DNA of 45,666 nucleotides from Octopus bimaculoides (GCF_001194135.2 NC_068993.1:42243325-42288990); one strand, 5' to 3'. Positions 1-12,387 are shown, numbered from the stretch's first letter. Notes: generated by a model not told the origin, from the letters alone. Made by a program: numbers and translations.

Positions 1-87
1 TCATTTTATAATCTCGGGCCTACAAAGTCTCGTGAGTAGATTTCGTAGACGGAATCTGAAAGAAGCCCGTCGTACACACATATATAT
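1..87 (+). repeat. Partial second copy of the adjacent SINE (173-bp-period tandem duplication)
   Basis: Positions 1-86 are identical to 174-259 (TCATTTTATAATCTCGGGCC...CGTACACACATATATAT). Confidence 0.9.
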
Positions 88-475
88 TATGTGTGGCTGT
101 GTGGTTAGAAGCTTTCTCCCCAGTTACATGGTTCTGGGTTCAGTCCCACTGTGTAGCACCTTGGGCAGGTGTCTCATTTTATAATCTCGGGCCTACAAAG
201 TCTCGTGAGTAGATTTCGTAGACGGAATCTGAAAGAAGCCCGTCGTACACACATATATATATATGTGTGTGTGCGTGTATGTGTGTGTGTGCGCGCGTGC
301 GCGTGCGCGGGTGTGCTTTTGTCTCTGTGTTTGTTCCCCACCTTGACAACCAAAAGTGAACAATGGCATAAGTTCTAGTGTTTAAAAAGGGTCATGGGGT
401 CGATTTGTTCGACTAAAACACTTCAATGCATTGCCCCAGCATTGCCGCAGTCAAATGACTGAAGCTAAAGAAAAC
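88..475 (+). mobile_element. tRNA-derived SINE, family A (internal TA/TG microsatellite)
   Basis: A-box-like TGGCTGTGTGG, B-box-like GGTTCAGTCCC, body GACGGAATCTGAAAGAAGCCCGTCG, (TA)n(TG)n, 3' GGGTCGATTTGTTCGACTAAA...GCAGTCAAATGACTGAA; colinear with 1070-1639. Confidence 0.85.
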
Positions 476-744
476 ACATTTCTCAATTCTTTTTTAATTC
501 ATCCCATAAATACTCTCTCACTTACTTCTTTTTTATTACCTCTATGACTTCTATGATTCTTTCTCTTTGTATAGGTATAAGGGCGTATTATTTCTTTTCC
601 CATTGTCTGACACCGTGCCTAGTATGTGCTTTAATCCTGTACCTCTAATGTTACGTTTCTCTATATCTCTCTTCTACTTGCTATTTCTATCTTTTAACCA
701 TTTTATATGACATAAATAAAGTTTGGTTAGAAGAATCAACCCAC

Positions 745-794
745 ATTTATATCGACTCTTGCAGCATAGAAGACACGTATTAGCCATGGAAAAA
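745..794 (-). CDS. Candidate small internal exon, frame ambiguous (FPWLIRVFYAARVDIN or FSMANTCLLCCKSRYK)
   Basis: Strong acceptor TATTTTTGTCTGTGTTTACAG| and donor AAT|GTGGGT on the minus strand; 50 bp. The phase-1 frame looks like a CUB beta strand; the phase-2 frame is the one compatible with exon 1765-1832. Confidence 0.25.
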
Positions 795-832
795 CTGTAA
801 ACACAGACAAAAATACTGATTTCACATTTTAA

Positions 833-1028
833 CACAACGCCAGCGAGTTTGGGGCAGCGGGTAAGTCAATTGCATCGACCTCAGTGCTTAACTTGTACTT
901 ATTTTATCGACCCCTAAAGGGATGAAAGGCAAAGTCGACCTAAACAGAATTTGAACTCAGAGCGTAAAAACGGACGAAATTCCGCTAAGCATTCTGCCCG
1001 GCGTGCTAACAATTCTGCCAGCCTCACC
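833..1028 (-). mobile_element. Deu/Nin-domain tRNA-derived SINE
   Basis: Reverse strand has B-box GAGTTCAAATTC followed by GTCGACTTTGCCTTTCATCCC...GGGGTCGATAAAATAAGTAC, the Deu/Nin-type core seen in multiple copies in this window. Confidence 0.85.
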
Positions 1029-1069
1029 TTTTAAAAACAGAAAAAAATATTAATCACACTTAAACATAT

Positions 1070-1396
1070 GCGCAGGAGTGACTGTGGTAATTAGCTTGCT
1101 TACCAGCCACATAGCTCCGGGTTCAGTCCCACTGAGTGGCATCTTGGGCAAGTGTTTTCTACTATAGCCTCGGGCCAACCAAAGCCTTGTGAGTGGATTT
1201 GGTAGACGGAAACTGAAAGAAGCCCGTCGTATATATGTATATATATATATATATNNNNNNNNNNNNNNNNNNNNNNNNNNNNNNNNNNNNNNNNNNNNNN
1301 NNNNNNNNNNNNNNNNNNNNNNNNNNNNNNNNNNNNNNNNNNNNNNNNNNNNNNNNNNNNNNNNNNNNNNNNNNNNNNNNNNNNNNNNTATATATA

Positions 1397-1427
<31 letters not shown>

Positions 1428-1639
1428 CATTGTGTCTGTGTTTGTCCCCCCTAGCATTGCTTGACAACCGATGTTGGTATGTTTATGTCCCCGTCACTTA
1501 GCTGTTCGGCAAAAGAGACCGATGGAATAAGTACTAGGCTTACAACGAATAAGTCCCGGGGTCGATTTGTTCGACTAAAGGCGGTGCTCCAGCATGGCCA
1601 CAGTCAAATGACTGAAACAAGTAAAAGAGTAAAAGAGTA
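1070..1639 (+). mobile_element. tRNA-derived SINE, family A, near full length
   Basis: GCGCAGGAGTG head, GGGTTCAGTCCC B-box, GACGGAAACTGAAAGAAGCCCGTCG, internal (TA)n-gap-(TG)n, 3' CAGTCAAATGACTGAAACAAGTAAAAGAGTAAAAGAG tail. Confidence 0.9.
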
Positions 1640-1764
1640 TATATTATTTGCATTGGTGTCGAAATTTTCGTTGTATCAACTGCAAGCTGGACACTGACGC
1701 GATTCCACTGCAACTGGTCAGTATATCTAAGCTTCAACGCATAGTCTCAGATCAAATTACTTAC

Positions 1765-1832
1765 CAGGCAAGTACATCTCCTAAATTATTAAGATACATC
1801 TTTGGAAACATAGAACCAAAAATCCCAGTTGT
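1765..1832 (-). CDS. Candidate internal exon (TTGIFGSMFPKMYLNNLGDVLA-C/W), resembles a CUB N-terminal strand
   Basis: Consensus donor CTG|GTAAGT at 1764, pyrimidine tract ending ...CTTCGTAAGATTAG|, and only one stop-free frame (phase 0 to 2). The G-I-F-x-S-x-F-P-x-x-Y-x-N-N pattern recalls a CUB start. Confidence 0.4.
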
Positions 1833-2182
1833 CTAATCTTACGAAGATCAGAATAAAAAAGAAACACCAGATTTATATATAGATACAAATGACATTTTTC
1901 CAAGATGTAGGCAATCTGTATTGATTTGTCGATAGTATCTAAAGCTGCCAATATTACAAGCTCATTCACAAAGGAAACTTTGTTCGTGTTAGATGACAAC
2001 GGATTTTTACAAAATTACAAATCCAGTCTTTAGATTCCCCGCCATTTCCCATCGCGACTCCTCAAGAGCTGGATGTTAGAATGTCATTGTTACTCTACCA
2101 TTGTTAGAGAGTCACATTTAAAATAAATATATATAAAAAAAAAGGATTGGCAACATTTGTAATTATAACTGTGGTAATGTGC

Positions 2183-2216
<34 letters not shown>

Positions 2217-2944
2217 TTGGTGGTAGTAGTGTTGGTGGTGATAACTCTCACTGTATATATATATGCATATATGCCTATATATATNNNNNNNNNNNNNNNN
2301 NNNNNNNNNNNNNNNNNNNNNNNNNNNNNNNNNNNNNNNNNNNNNNNNNNNNNNNNNNNNNNNNNNNNNNNNNNNNNNNNNNNNNNNNNNNNNNNNNNNN
2401 NNNNNNNNNNNNNNNNNNNNNNNNNNNNNNNNNNNNNNNNNNNNNNNNNNNNNNNNNNNNNNNNNNNNNNNNNNNNNNNNNNNNNNNNNNNNNNNNNNNN
2501 NNNNNNNNNNNNNNNNNNNNNNNNNNNNNNNNNNNNNNNNNNNNNNNNNNNNNNNNNNNNNNNNNNNNNNNNNNNNNNNNNNNNNNNNNNNNNNNNNNNN
2601 NNNNNNNNNNNNNNNNNNNNNNNNNNNNNNNNNNNNNNNNNNNNNNNNNNNNNNNNNNNNNNNNNNNNNNNNNNNNNNNNNNNNNNNNNNNNNNNNNNNN
2701 NNNNNNNNNNNNNNNNNNNNNNNNNNNNNNNNNNNNNNNNNNNNNNNNNNNNNNNNNNNNNNNNNNNNNNNNNNNNNNNNNNNNNNNNNNNNNNNNNNNN
2801 NNNNNNNNNNNNNNNNNNNNNNNNNNNNNNNNNNNNNNNNNNNNNNNNNNNNNNNNNNNNNNNNNNNNNNNNNNNNNNNNNNNNNNNNNNNNNNNNNNNN
2901 NNNNNNNNNNNNNNNNNNNNNNNNNNNNNNNNNNNNNNNNNNNN

Positions 2945-3042
2945 ATCTATCTGTCTATCTGTCTGTTTGTCTTCCTGTCTGTCTGTCTGTCTGTTTTTGT
3001 TTATCTATCTCTCTATCTACCTATCAATCTATCTACCTATCA

Positions 3043-3102
<60 letters not shown>

Positions 3103-3135
3103 GTCTGTCTGTCTGTCTGTCTGCCAGTCTGTCTG
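2945..3135. repeat. (ATCT)n/(GTCT)n tetranucleotide microsatellite
   Basis: Directly visible tandem ATCT and GTCT units after an N-gap. Confidence 0.95.
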
Positions 3136-4864
3136 TCTAACATTCAACCATTCTTTTTCCCCCTCTGATACACAAACTCACTCACATTCTCTCTCTCTTC
3201 CTCTCACCCCTCTCTATTTATCTCTGTCTCTTTTTTAACTGTTTTTACCAGTATCGGCATTTGCATTATCTCTATGTGAGGGGAAAAGAAACGGAGTGGA
3301 TTAAGAAAAGAACAGAAAACACTCCGTGTATGTATATATATATGTGTGTGTGTGCGCGTGCGCGTATTTGTTTACGTGTGCGTACGTACAAGCGTGTGTC
3401 AAACCTTAAACGTGTCTGTATCTCCGTCTATGTCTTTCTGTCTACATGCGTGTGTCATAAATTGAATTTTTGATAAGTATGAAACAAATCGGCTATAGCT
3501 TGCGATGATGATTCAAAAGACTAATAAAATATATATATATATATATAGTTTAAACTTGATGAAATTGAAGAGCTGAACAGATTCAAGTAGATTCTAACAA
3601 CTCACTCTTTTATTACCAGTAAAACTTCTACTAATAATATTACTGATTTACCAAAAAAAAAAAAAGATATATGATTTCTTTATAGCCATAAAGGTGGATA
3701 AATGGTGTACGTGATGGAATACATTAACGTGGACCAGTTACAGCATTATGTTTTTTTGGTTTTCTTTCCCCTTTTTGTTTTTGTTATTTTTGTTGGGTGG
3801 GGTTACATTGAAAAGAAGATATAACTGTTCTAATAGAGAAACAGACACTTGTGAATTAAGAAACCACACAGATCCCAGATTACTGCTGAGACGAAGGGCT
3901 TTCCTCTCTCCCTCCTCACGCCCACTCTCTCTCTCTTTCTATCTATCTGTCTATTTAACTCTTCCTCCCTTCCACTCTGTGTTACCCTCTCCCTCCCTCT
4001 GGTTCTCTCTCCCACTCTCTCCAACTCTCTTCTCCCTCTCTCCCTCTCTCCCTCTCTCCCTCTCTCCCTTCCTTTCTCTCTCTCTCTCTATCCTTTCTTT
4101 CCTTTTACGGAGTTAGTCCTTTCAACTAGTGCATACACAACGCTTTCAGAAAATTTTCATCAAAGTTACAGACAAGGAAGCTTTTACGTGGTTGCCCGAC
4201 ATGCTCGAAATAACACCCAAAGCACCCTCAAATTACACACTACAGTCTTAGAAAGGAATGTAATTCGTAATGCGTATCTGTGAAATTCAATGATTAAAAA
4301 AGATAACAAAAGTGATACAACCACTTAAAGTAAGTTAGACAGACACGCTAAGATCTAATTGCACTAAGAACTAAGTGGAAGTGCTCTCTTTCTTCAATTG
4401 AAATTTTTAGCTTTATTTGGTACACAGCCTATAGTAATTTTCAGTTAAATTTAATAAGCCATGGCTTCACAGATTGAATGCCCATCGAGCAGTATAACTT
4501 GACCATATTGTCATATGTAAAACGGTGAGTAACATTGAAAGTATACTTTTGCCAAAATAGGTAATGTCAAGAAATATGGTTTACATACAATCCTTATAAT
4601 TTAACTTTTATCAAATTTCTTGGTGCTTATACAAAATGGGAAAATGAATATAACTTTTCAAAGAAAGTTACTTATTGCTTTAACATAAAATTAAATAAAA
4701 CAAATTTCTCATTTGTATAGTTGCAATAAATATGTTATTATTGTTCTAAATTTTATCGTCATAATTGCAATCTGCTCTATCGAAGACTAATCTCTGCAAA
4801 ACTTGGACTTTTTCCATAACTACTCTGTTATTAACTCTCTTTACTTCTTCTCGTCTCTTTACTT

Positions 4865-4883
4865 CTTCTCCTCTCTCTCTCCC

Positions 4884-4955
<72 letters not shown>
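4865..4955. repeat. (CT)n microsatellite
   Basis: Directly visible. Confidence 0.95.
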
Positions 4956-4958
<3 letters not shown>

Positions 4959-5085
4959 ATAAAGCCTAACCGCAGAGATTTTGATGTGACAGAGGCCGAG
5001 AATCAACCAAGAAAACCAACCAACCGATAGCTGCATCATCTGTTATTGAATAGAGATACACAGACATTCAACCGCTATAACTCAC

Positions 5086-5327
5086 CCAGATTTACTACAG
5101 TCAGCGCTAGAGTCTACTGAGGTACATTTATATGCTAGACAATTAAGTGAGTGTAGAATATGTCCACACTGTCCACAACTTATTTTGTACGAGTCACCAC
5201 GGAGTCTCAAAATATGATGCATGATTCTCTGGTGGACGCATGTTAAATATAGATCAATTGACTTGTGAGTGGCACCTGATCGTTTGTTCTGGTCTTGTTT
5301 GCGACGTAGCACTGCTCAATCAAAACT
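5086..5327 (-). promoter_or_regulatory. Possible first (5' UTR-like) exon or internal promoter
   Basis: Minus strand: Inr-like TCAGTT at 5329-5324 and consensus donor TGG|GTGAGT at 5085, in unique non-repetitive sequence. No recognisable protein. Confidence 0.25.
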
Positions 5328-5499
5328 GATTTGGATTTAGTTAGCAGCAGCGACCTTAAAACAAATTTACGAGAAAGAAACACTTCACTTGTCATTCATC
5401 GTTTTTGAAAGTTAAAGGAAAAAAGTTACAGAGAGTTTGAACGAAGCGGAAATGCAATGTCTCAGATCTACCATACTACCTCTTTCATAATACGCAACA

Positions 5500-5625
5500 T
5501 ACGCATAAAGACTAGGCGCTCCATCGGTGGAGTCGTTAGAGCGTTCCTAACCATCCTGATTTATGCACACTGAGTTCAAATTTCGCCGAAATCATGTTTA
5601 TTTTTCATTCATTATGAGTTGATAT
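5500..5625 (+). mobile_element. Degenerate Deu/Nin-type SINE
   Basis: GTTAGAGCG...CTGAGTTCAAATTTCGCCGA...TTTCATTC...GATATAAAGTACCA resembles the better-preserved copies. Confidence 0.5.
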
Positions 5626-5675
5626 AAAGTACCAATGCTGTACTTTTTTTTACCTCACTCCGTTTCTCTTTCTCT

Positions 5676-5717
<42 letters not shown>

Positions 5718-6653
5718 GGTCTCTCTCTTTCTCTCGCTCTCTCTCTTTCTCTTTCTCTTGTAGAATTTGGCAATAGTCAAAACAAAGGGCAGATGGTCAC
5801 CGACAAGATAAATTTTCCCATGACACACCATCAGTTACAATGGTTAGCTTTCAACCCAATGAAATATTTAAGGGTGCAATGCAGGACAAAATGAAAATTG
5901 TCTGCCGTTTACCCGATTAACAGACAGATCCGTTCTACATGCGTTGTAACTCCACTAGTCAGGAATGTTTGGAAATTGAACGGCTGCATGGTTTCATCAC
6001 CAGGCAGCAATTATGGTCCTGTTATTTCGTTGAGTCAGGTGTTATATAATTACTTCCTAATGATATAATTCTGACAATAGTGAGATATGAAATTATAGAA
6101 ATAGAGAAATAAGTAGCAATCTTGTGGTACAGAAACTAGCATCAGCAGACGCAGAACGACAACACTGGAAACACTCAAACCGCCTGAAAGCATTACAAGA
6201 GTAGTTACAATATCTGAAGACCTGCAGGGTTTAAATGTATCATCTGGTACTATGATTAGATGAAATGGTTTGAAGAAATAGTAACAAATATTTCATAATC
6301 AGTTTCAAATAATAATTATAGAATCATATTCAGAAATTTGTTGAGAGGAATGCAATTTTGGATTCCATAAATTTATTATCTGTTTTGAAGATTTATTACT
6401 GCTGTGTGATATTTTTCTTAGTTGAGGATACTTGTGAAAAGTCCTTATATGTTTTACCAATATCTTTGCATTCCATTACACTTTATACGTATATAATTGA
6501 AAGATTCAGATGGTATTTTCGGATGGAAACGTGAGCAAAGTTTATACTGGTAAGAATAGTATTTATTTATTTACGTTTCATAATCCTCATAAGTAGCTAT
6601 ATTTTAGATAACTTGATGGATTGTAGATCTCATTGGAGAATATCGTCTAGTTT

Positions 6654-7106
6654 ATGAATACTTTTAAAAACTGCTTGAAGGCTATGTGTGAAGCAACAGG
6701 ATTCAACTCCTTGTCATACCTCTGGAAAGAGTCAGAAATGGCTGTCAGAGAATTTCTACGAATTTCTAGCCCCCTAACTCCCTCGATTGTATTGCCATGT
6801 AATACTGCGTGGCGCATGGCTGAGAAAGATATCAACCGATCTGCCTGCAACATCATGGAAAAACTACTGACCGAGATCAAAGTGTTCGAAGATCCTCCCA
6901 AGGATACAGTAAGGAATGCATGCGCCGGGTTCCGATACCGTCTTGAGGCTGTGGTTGAAGCGGTAACCAACTAATTTGAGTAAACTGTTATCTCCCAGTC
7001 ATAATCTAGATCTGATAATCTTTTAGTTTTAGAATAATTTTATTTTTGGAGATATTGTTTTCTTTTCTTTTTATGCAAACTGTCAAATTTCAGCCCACAC
7101 ACCTGT
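6654..7106 (+). mobile_element. Tc1/mariner (maT/DD37D-like) transposase 3' remnant with probable right TIR
   Basis: Frameshifted pieces read QQDSTPCHTSGKSQKWLSENF (from 6694) and WRMAEKDINRS...VRNACAGFRYRLEAVVEA, matching the QQDSAPCHTS and ACSRFRSRLEAVVEA motifs. The TIR-like end is TGTCAAATTTCAGCCCACACACCTG (7081-7105). Confidence 0.8.
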
Positions 7107-7112
7107 GTGTAA

Positions 7113-7178
7113 TGTGTGTGTGTGTGTGTGTGAATACACACACACACACACACACACGCACACATACATATATATATA

Positions 7179-7217
<39 letters not shown>

Positions 7218-7279
7218 AGAGAGAGAGAGAGTGTGTGTGTGAGAGAGAGAGAGAGAGATGGACAGACGGACAGACAGAC

Positions 7280-7326
<47 letters not shown>
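7113..7326. repeat. Compound microsatellite (TG)10-AATA-(CA)10...(TA)n(GA)n(GT)n(GACA)n(GATA)n
   Basis: Directly visible. Confidence 0.95.
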
Positions 7327-7917
7327 CTATGGACCCTTATACAGATACACAACTAATTTTTAGAAGCTTTTGACTCCAAAATCTTTCCAGATCATTAGAT
7401 TTATCCGAACCAAATGAGGAAATGAGGTCACATAATAATTCCATAATACATTCCTGCGTAACTAAGTAAATATTTCTCACATGTCTGTATTGTACAGTAC
7501 ACTACTCTATAGACGTCTGTAAAGTAGAGCACTAAGGAATATTTAATAGTTAGTTCTAACTATTAAATATTTAAAGGAGAAATACCTATATATGTCTGTT
7601 ACATAATAGTTTGTTAATACCGCGTGTAATAACGAAGCAGGATTATAATTAACCTAATAAATTTATCAAATACAAATTAAATGTGAATTAAAGTATTTAA
7701 TGAAATAAAATGTCTACTGCAGAGCTAGTCATAAAAGACTGAGAACTACGAGTTCTAAGAATTATTTTGATTATAAATCGCAGCCTGTTAATGGATTTGT
7801 GAAGTCGCGGGGTGCCATTCCCTCCTGCGAAAGTGCAAAAGAATCACCCTGTGTACATATATTTAACGTTAAATGGTTTTCAGATGCAGGCGTATTATTT
7901 TGGATCACATTCTATCA

Positions 7918-9520
7918 GATGATATTTTTAAGCATTTCATCCAAGTGAAATTGCTTCATAGTTTTATATCTTTCCTCACGTAATTTTTCATGCCTAAAAT
8001 AAAAAATTCCTTATCTCTCGCTCCCTTATTTAGGATCGTACGCTCAACCTGTTTCATTACTTCATGCATTCTCTGAAATGCTCGTAGCTTGACAACACTG
8101 AACCAATACGCTTCCCCTTTGTTGCAGTGTTTCTCATGATTTTCATTGTTTTTAACAAAATTCATAAGCATGTTTATAATTTGAGATTTATTAAAGTGAC
8201 ACAGCAGATGTCTCTTCGTGGAGATTTATCCATTTATTGTTATTTTCTTTACTGAATGTATCTGCTCTATTCTTGGTACCAGATTCCCTTAAGACATCAG
8301 ACATGTTGAAGCAACCCCTTTTTTATGCATATTTTGTAAAAATCGTTGAATTTTCAAATATTGTGCCAGATGCAACTTTGCTACTGATTCGTTTGTTATT
8401 GACGGTTTCACATTAATCCAAGCTCTGGTAACACACCAGGACAAATCTTTAATTTTTTTTTCTTTATTGAATGTCTACATAAACTTACTGGCATTGACCA
8501 TATGTAATACGTTTTTTTAACTGTGTGTGATACTTAGTATTCATAGAATACAATAATCCGCAGTCTTGCATTTGAATAAGTGATGTATAATTTGGTTTTA
8601 AGAATGCAGCAAAAATATTGTTCTTAGACTGGATTTCCGCGATGTCGTGAGTTGAATATTTGTTCAGAATAAGAAGAAATCTCCGATTTTTCTGAAGACC
8701 TACAAATGTGCAGTAAATTCTGGCTTCTGGTTCAAAATATTTTTCAAGCAATCGTATAATAATCTCAATAATCCAGCTATTCTTATTTGTAGAGTTTATT
8801 ACTCGGACAATTTTAAAGCTTATTAACTGTTTCCTACCATCAGTGACATACATCTGTGTGTACCTACAGCATTTGATAACCCCAGAGAACTTACCCTATG
8901 CTTAGGTATTTCTAATTATGTAGGTCCTTTTTCGTCTTTTCCATTCAATATACTTTTGGATATGCATCGCCAATAAAATACAGTTTCATTTGCATTATAT
9001 ACATGTTCAAAAGTCATGTTTTAATCAAAGATAAGCCCATCAAATACATCTAAATTACCTGCCACATACTTCATATATGGGAATTCCATGACGCTTCAAA
9101 TGTCATGGATTTCTCGCTTGTGTAGAATGACTAAACCTCCCAAGGCATCCTGCATAATCACACTGATATACATATTCATCAATTGATTTAGGAAAAACAT
9201 ATTGTTGCATTAGCAGGGTATATGACAAGTGTACATCATCAAGTAGGTGCTGTCGAAATCAGTCCATCATCACTAGATAATGTTTCATACTTTTTCTAAT
9301 GTTCATTTGTTTCTTCAAATTACTAATAGTGTTCATTTTTCATTTCGTTTCTTTACGTCATGAACAGCTAATTTATCAAAACTTTAAACTTCATTTAGCT
9401 TTCACAAAGAACTCGATTCAATATTAACTGCCGTTTACGTTTTACACCATTGACGATTGCGTCTGCTTTAGATATTATATATAATTTGAGTAAAATTTGA
9501 GTAAAATAACGCTTGAACTG
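7918..9520 (-). mobile_element. pogo/Tigger (Jerky/CENP-B-like, DDE_1) transposase pseudogene
   Basis: Minus-strand pieces in order: GVKRKRQL (N-terminus), LKRHGI (HTH end), HVYNANETVFYWRCISKS (first D mutated to N), NSWI...LLILNKYSTH (second D mutated to N), FLKPNYTSLIQMQDCGLL (third D retained), C-terminal KQFHLDEMLK. Many stops and frameshifts; TIRs not identified. Confidence 0.85.
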
Positions 9521-10325
9521 CATAAAGCGAAATATCTATCAAATGGTAAAATGTAAATAATTTAAGAATACACTGTCCGTATTATTATTTACCAAGTAAA
9601 CTAATATAGTGGGAGCAGAATTTCAAATTCCCGGATGTTATTTTATCTGGTTTAAAGGATATTCTGAAGCATCGATGTCTGGAAAATCGTGTATGTATTT
9701 GTAATTTAGAGAGTAATTAGAAATATACAAAAGAAATATTAGGAAATACTGCTTTATTACCAACAAAGTAACCAAGTTACTTTGTTGATAATTTATAAAT
9801 GATATTAGATAATACAGTCGATACTATCTAATATTTAGGAGTTATATCAGATATACAGTTTCATACAGGCTCCAGATAAATGATTTCAGTTTGATATTTA
9901 CGGCGGGGATTGAATTTGACAGTCGTGCGTTTCTCAATCGTAATTAGTATCGTTAGAGATATGTAATACTTTTAATCGAGAATTGATAAAACATTAGATT
10001 CCGTTTCCTAGGTTCCTGCGCTCAGTTTACTGAGTGTAGGTAAATTTCCTACTTAATACCATTTATTCTACCTTATTCTTTCCTGTTTATTGAAGTTATA
10101 TCCCGGCACACAGCCAATACTAGCCATCTGCTACACAAGAGATTTACCTTCATAACATTTCCTTGTAATTTATAAAAGGAACCGTATTTATAGAAGTGTC
10201 ATCTCTAAAATGTTGGCTTCTAATTATACATAAACTTACATGATCACTCCAATTTCATTAATAACCTTGATGTAACATTTTTTAAAATCTGTCCAACCTG
10301 TATAATAAGAGATATTAATAATAAC

Positions 10326-11034
10326 AGGATCTAGTTCAAAACAGGGGCACCAGTTTTCATTTATGTTTTATGTAGTGTTTTTGGTACCGAAAGACTTTCA
10401 AACTTCGTATACTTATCTATTTTTGTATTCGGAGTTATTTCATGTAAAAAATTGTCTTATTTCGATTATTTCAACCGATCACTGACAAGTATTCAGCTGT
10501 TTACAGTTACTCCTTTGGCAGTTTAAGCGGTGTAAAGCGTATTTAACCTCCATTTATAATTTCGTTAACATCTGCCTGAACTGTATGTGTACAACATTTG
10601 CTATTTTCATTTTTCTTTCACGCGTGTTTATTTCGTTAACATCTGCCTGAACTGTATGAAAGGTTTATTAGCTACTGCCTAACCCTACTGCCAATATGCT
10701 TCAGCCATTTTTTGACAAGGAAATAATAATTTTATCACCGCCAGAATCGTTTGAGAATCGTTTGTTTACGTAGTCAGCACTTACTGTATTCGGCTGAATG
10801 GACGTCAGTCATTGGTTGAAATTACAGAAATACGACANNNNNNNNNNNNNNNNNNNNNNNNNNNNNNNNNNNNNNNNNNNNNACAACTTTAACATGAAAT
10901 AAGTTGCGATGTACGTTTTTTTGTTAAGAAGACTAAGAGAAAAAGATGTTTTATATGACACATTCTACCAGTGTCCCAAGTTTCAAAGTGTTTCGTTAAG
11001 AAAATACTGGTGCCCCCGTTTTGAACTAGATCCT
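10326..11034. mobile_element. Non-autonomous DNA transposon (MITE) with 28-bp TIRs
   Basis: AGGATCTAGTTCAAAACAGGGGCACCAG (10326-10353) and its reverse complement with one mismatch (11007-11034). AATAAC lies directly on both flanks (10320-10325, 11035-11040). No coding capacity. Confidence 0.85.
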
Positions 11035-12387
11035 AATAACATTATAAAAAATTATGTAAGTATAATGCGTAATATTTCTGATTGGTTAAATGTAAATTTG
11101 AGTAGAGATTACTTTGGGATAAGATGGCATGTAATTTTTAAAACCAGTATATAACTCTATGCTACCAAATATCAACCTCAGATAAAAAGTCAAGATTTTT
11201 TGTATTTCTTTTGTTTTGCATCTTTAGCTATTTTGGTATCCTCCAATTAAAGCTATTCATCTTTAATGTCAAATTAACTACCTCTCGTACACCTGTTATT
11301 CATGTAAAACCCTTCGATGTGCATGTTACCTTGTCTTTAGCTAGTGAATCAAGGAATTAAAAGCGAAAGCTAATCATTAAAATCACATTACAATCAATAT
11401 ATTAACGGCGTAATTAGCATCCATTCGTATTTCCTTAACAGATGAGAATCCCAGATACGTGGAATAAGGATAACTATTAGATGTAATTCATCTAAATATA
11501 ATTGCCCTTCCGACCTTTCACAACCAAACGTATAAAAGTGACGTCTTAGTAAACGTTTTTCTTTTGCTAGACAATAAATGAAAATAAGCTAAATTTAATT
11601 AAACATATATGTAATAGTTAAGACCTAACGTAGGCAAAAGAGCTAATTTTTAAGTACATAACTTCTCATTCGAAAAATAGAATGATAGAAAGATGCCACA
11701 AATGTGAGATTTATTATTTCATCAGATCAGTGTGGTAGTAGAGTGAATCAATGAAACGCCAAGCAAAAGGTCTCAATATATTCATTTACGAGTGCTTTTA
11801 AACACTCACTTTGACACCCCTGGTATAAATAGCAGTCAATTACGACTCTTCATGAAATCCAATATAAACCCTTGATAAAATAATATTACATATACTGAGT
11901 GAAATCAAACAAGATGGATTTTGTAGGATAAGTTTTAATAAACGTATGAATATGCAATTTTATTCCCTCATATCTTACAACGCTGTATTTTTCACCGGAC
12001 TTCAGCTTTCTTCAATTATTAGACACACTTATTTTACCTCATTTCAGTTATTCTCAACTAGAACTTCCTCACACCAACAAATGTATTAAAGCAAGCTATA
12101 TTTTCTCATGCCACGACACAATCAATTGAAGTCTGCGCTTGTTAATGGGAAAAGAAATATATTTTGAAAATCGGTTGCTGTCAAATCTAACAACTTAGCG
12201 TGTGAACTGATGTTTGACATTAGCTACGGATCACTAAACAATAGGTGTATTTAAGGTTACTTGCGTGTATACCGATGTATGTGCATTGTACTTATTTTTA
12301 CAATGCTAGTGATTGATGTTTTAGTTGGGATAGTTTGAGGTTTTTAAAAAAAATCTTTTGCGTTTAGTATTATTATTATCATGAGAG

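Noticed and set aside
6647-6970. 107-aa minus-strand ORF
   Set aside because: Antisense shadow of the maT transposase remnant.
9802-9834. 10-bp inverted repeat upstream of the pogo ORF
   Set aside because: Short and AT-rich, with no partner TIR at the other end of the element.
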